The notes under the pieces are model-generated. The model was given only the letters and a program-made list of their open reading frames with translations, was not told where the DNA came from and searched no databases. A stretch of 64,000 bases of DNA from Octopus sinensis (taxonomy: Eukaryota), in the NCBI RefSeq assembly GCF_006345805.1, contig NC_043001.1, forward strand, positions 8,122,001 to 8,186,000, given 5' to 3'. The position numbers and the translations under genes are program-made. Below are positions 61,129-64,000 of this stretch, piece after piece (within the stretch, counting starts at the first letter, position 1; every line of letters begins with the position of its first letter).

Positions 61129-63158
61129 ATATTGGCTGGACAGGTATCGCATCAATATTATCTCTAAACTACGTGCACAGGCGAGATGTTGGTTCAAGGT
61201 TAAGAACAAATGCCTATTGGAGATCGTTGCAACACCGAAGATATAGTGTATGATGCTGAGGGTTTAAGCGACACTTGCGACTGCAGCGATTGCTTAAGCA
61301 GCAGCGGAATCAGCTATACATGCAGTAGGTACAACACAAAGAGCAGCGATAATGGCAACAATAACATTAGCGTCGTAACACCGCCGGCACAAGGCCACAA
61401 ATACAGGATTGTGTCTTATCTACAGGCTGCCCATTCAAGCATAGTGTCAGCTGTCACTATTCCTCCAGTAGGACAGCAGAGATGTAGAACATATACTACA
61501 TGACCCACTGTGTGTAGTGTTTAACGGATATGGGTAAACCATACATATTTAAATGACCGACTGTAACAATAAACGTTATAAATATTACAGCTCTAAGTGT
61601 AGATCTTTACTATTGACAGATATATATTCGAGAGAAACGGGAAAAAATAGCAGTTAAATATTCCCAGAAGAGGCCATTGTTTATAACATCATAATGCACT
61701 TTAAAGAGAAAGTATGTAAACTAACAAATGGCGAAACGTAAGAGAGGCAGAAAAGAACTTATTAATTTAACTGCAGTATGATTAAAATGTGTGTCTAAAC
61801 TCTATCTTTTGATTTACATATGTAAGTTTAGAATGACTGCTTGTATCTAGCAGCCCACGCGACAGCTTATAGAAAATGCACTTCACAAAACAAGAAAAGC
61901 TGCAAGTAAATAGGAAACCATGTTTAAAAGCTGTTGATGGATTTCTGAAAATATTTAATACCTTCTTGAATTCAGATTATGAATAAATGCATATACATAC
62001 GAGCAGTTATGGGTACATATGTATGTACACTTAGAAGTAAAATCATGCAGATGCACATAAGAAATGTGCACTACATATGTACACATATATACGTGCACAA
62101 TATGTGTATGTACACAAATATAGACTTATCTATAGGTATTTGCATCAAGGAGACAACGGGGATTTTATCTAATTTCTAATAAAGATAATTGTTGTTGGTT
62201 AAAAAGCAATCAATTACGTATTAAGATTGAAACTGGAAACATAAGGCTAAAGTGCAACCCACACTCTACAGAACCACCTTAAAACCTCATTAAATGTGTG
62301 ACTCGTCTGGAATAGTTTAATCTGGTTTGCAATTAGATATGTCATTGACAGATAAAAATGGTGAATAAGTTCAAAATTGAGTGACGCTTGCCAATATGAT
62401 TATAATCAGTGATTTTAAATACTCTTCTTTAGCTCTGCACCATTCGTAGCGACGTTGAGTTTCTAAAAAAAATAACATCTTCTAAGTTTTCAATTAAAAC
62501 ACTCCGGTAATTTAGAAAAGCAATATTCCACTTTCTTTGATCTTATATTCCCTGTAATTATGAAGCTTCATACTAAACGATAAAATATAAATTTGCACAG
62601 AGAAAATTATATATATCAGTTACAAAGTTGATGTTAACCACTGAAAGTCTTGATGTCAGTTTTTCGACTCATCGTTTATGATGGAGGGATAGCAGCGATT
62701 TTGATTATTTTCAAATTATCTGATGTTGCTGCTACTTTCTTGAAAAACACAAACACATACTCATTTTCTACACGTTGTTTTCTTAAAATATGATAAATTT
62801 TCCGTATGCACGTATACAAACGTACACAAATGTGTACAATGATATTTCTTATTCTCAATCGTATTCAAACGTTTTTCTCATCTTAGTTTTGAAAACTACT
62901 CAATACCTTGTAGGAATTTCTTTTCTCTCGAACGAAAACTCATTCTTGAGTCGTAAAGTTTAAGAGTGTAGAATTAGATATTGTGTAAGGTATACCACTC
63001 AGTTTTCGTTCCTTATAATGAGGTTGAGACATAATATACTGACGATTGATGGTTTAAAATATTTCTCCCAAAAATTAAAATTAGGTTTAACGCAATTAGT
63101 AAAATTATTTTGATTTTTCACATTGTTCTACAACGTATATCTTCAAATGCCTCACCAT

Positions 63159-63355
63159 CTAATATTTTTCAGAGTTGTGCACTGCTTGAAATCCTAGAGG
63201 GTGCGTAAAATTGATAACATAATATATACGGTTTCGTGACATCTTATACTCTGTCAAAACCCCAATGCGGGAAATCTCCCTATTCAATACTACACACATT
63301 TGCTTCAGTGAACTTGCATCTTGTGAAATAAATCGATATTTTATCAGCTGTGTCA
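63159..63355 (-). CDS. Candidate exon (V)TQLIKYRFISQDASSLKQMC...HNSEKY*
   Basis: Acceptor gctctattttccAG; 65 open codons; no homology recognised. Confidence 0.15.
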
Positions 63356-64000
63356 CTGGAAAATAGAGCGATTCTGAAAAGGTAGATGAATGATGAAAAG
63401 AAACGACTACTATTATGTATATTGCTTCAATTAAATCACTTTAGATTAATGTCTTAATGTAATGACATGTTGAAAGAAACTTACGAAGACAATATTTTCG
63501 ATAAAGGAATGATTTGTACATATAAATAGAAATATAAACTGCTCGCTATGAAAAGAATCGTGCCTGTGGCAAAGAGATTCCAGTCATGCTGATTCAAGTA
63601 TATCATTATGATCTTATTAATCAGAATAAAACTACCAATGTAATAGCATTTAATGATAAACTTCTAAGAAGAGGTTTCCATTTCAAACACATTCTCTGTA
63701 TTCTTTTCTCTTCGCCTACATAACTACAAACAAGCTCATAGAGGAATTGTCTTTTATTTGGTCGATTTTGTATGAGAAAATTTAATGCGAATATGCAATT
63801 CGTTCCGAAAGTATTATATTATACACATAGTTATACGAGAGACATAAGAGAGGATCAGTTCTTGAAACGAAGCTAGTTAAATGCAATATATTTTAAAGAC
63901 GTCCTTAACCAATGTGCCATAAAGGAACCACTTCAGGGATATTGATTACATCAGACTCTTTCTATGCATTTGCCTTCATTGCCGCCTTTCCCCTCTTCTC

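Noticed and set aside
61210-61503. 97-aa Cys/Ser-rich ORF and a 20-bp imperfect palindrome at 61441
   Set aside because: It looks like a decayed GCA/ACA triplet repeat, with no splice or homology support.

Overview
AT-rich, microsatellite-saturated eukaryotic DNA. Its composition and SINE/LINE repertoire suggest an octopod cephalopod (Octopus-like) genome; this is an inference, no search was run. There is no confidently identifiable host gene: nearly all ORFs in the track are artefacts of (TA)n, (CA)n, (TAA)n or (TTC)n repeats, and I list only a few low-confidence exon candidates. The real coding remnants are all retroelement-derived: a decayed Penelope-like element (GIY-YIG plus RT C-terminus, 13.2-14.7 kb), a CR1/L2-group LINE 3' end (16.4-16.9 kb), and six R4/Dong-clade fragments associated with (TAA)n tracts (21.1 kb and 43.4-48.1 kb; one keeps an open ~370-codon CCHC/RLE frame). 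The window also holds about 20 tRNA-derived SINE copies built from interchangeable head/body/tail modules, three non-autonomous Helitrons and one TIR element. The most interesting layer is RNA structure. About 13 hammerhead-ribozyme-like motifs sit in short Penelope-LTR-like repeats; most are minimal type I with palindromic stem III and carry core or stem lesions, with a recurrent U4C variant. One motif (39670-39730) has all three hammerhead strands in a non-circularly permuted order. A covarying 3' stem-loop also links the LINE 3' end to one SINE family. Coordinates were counted by hand and element boundaries are approximate.
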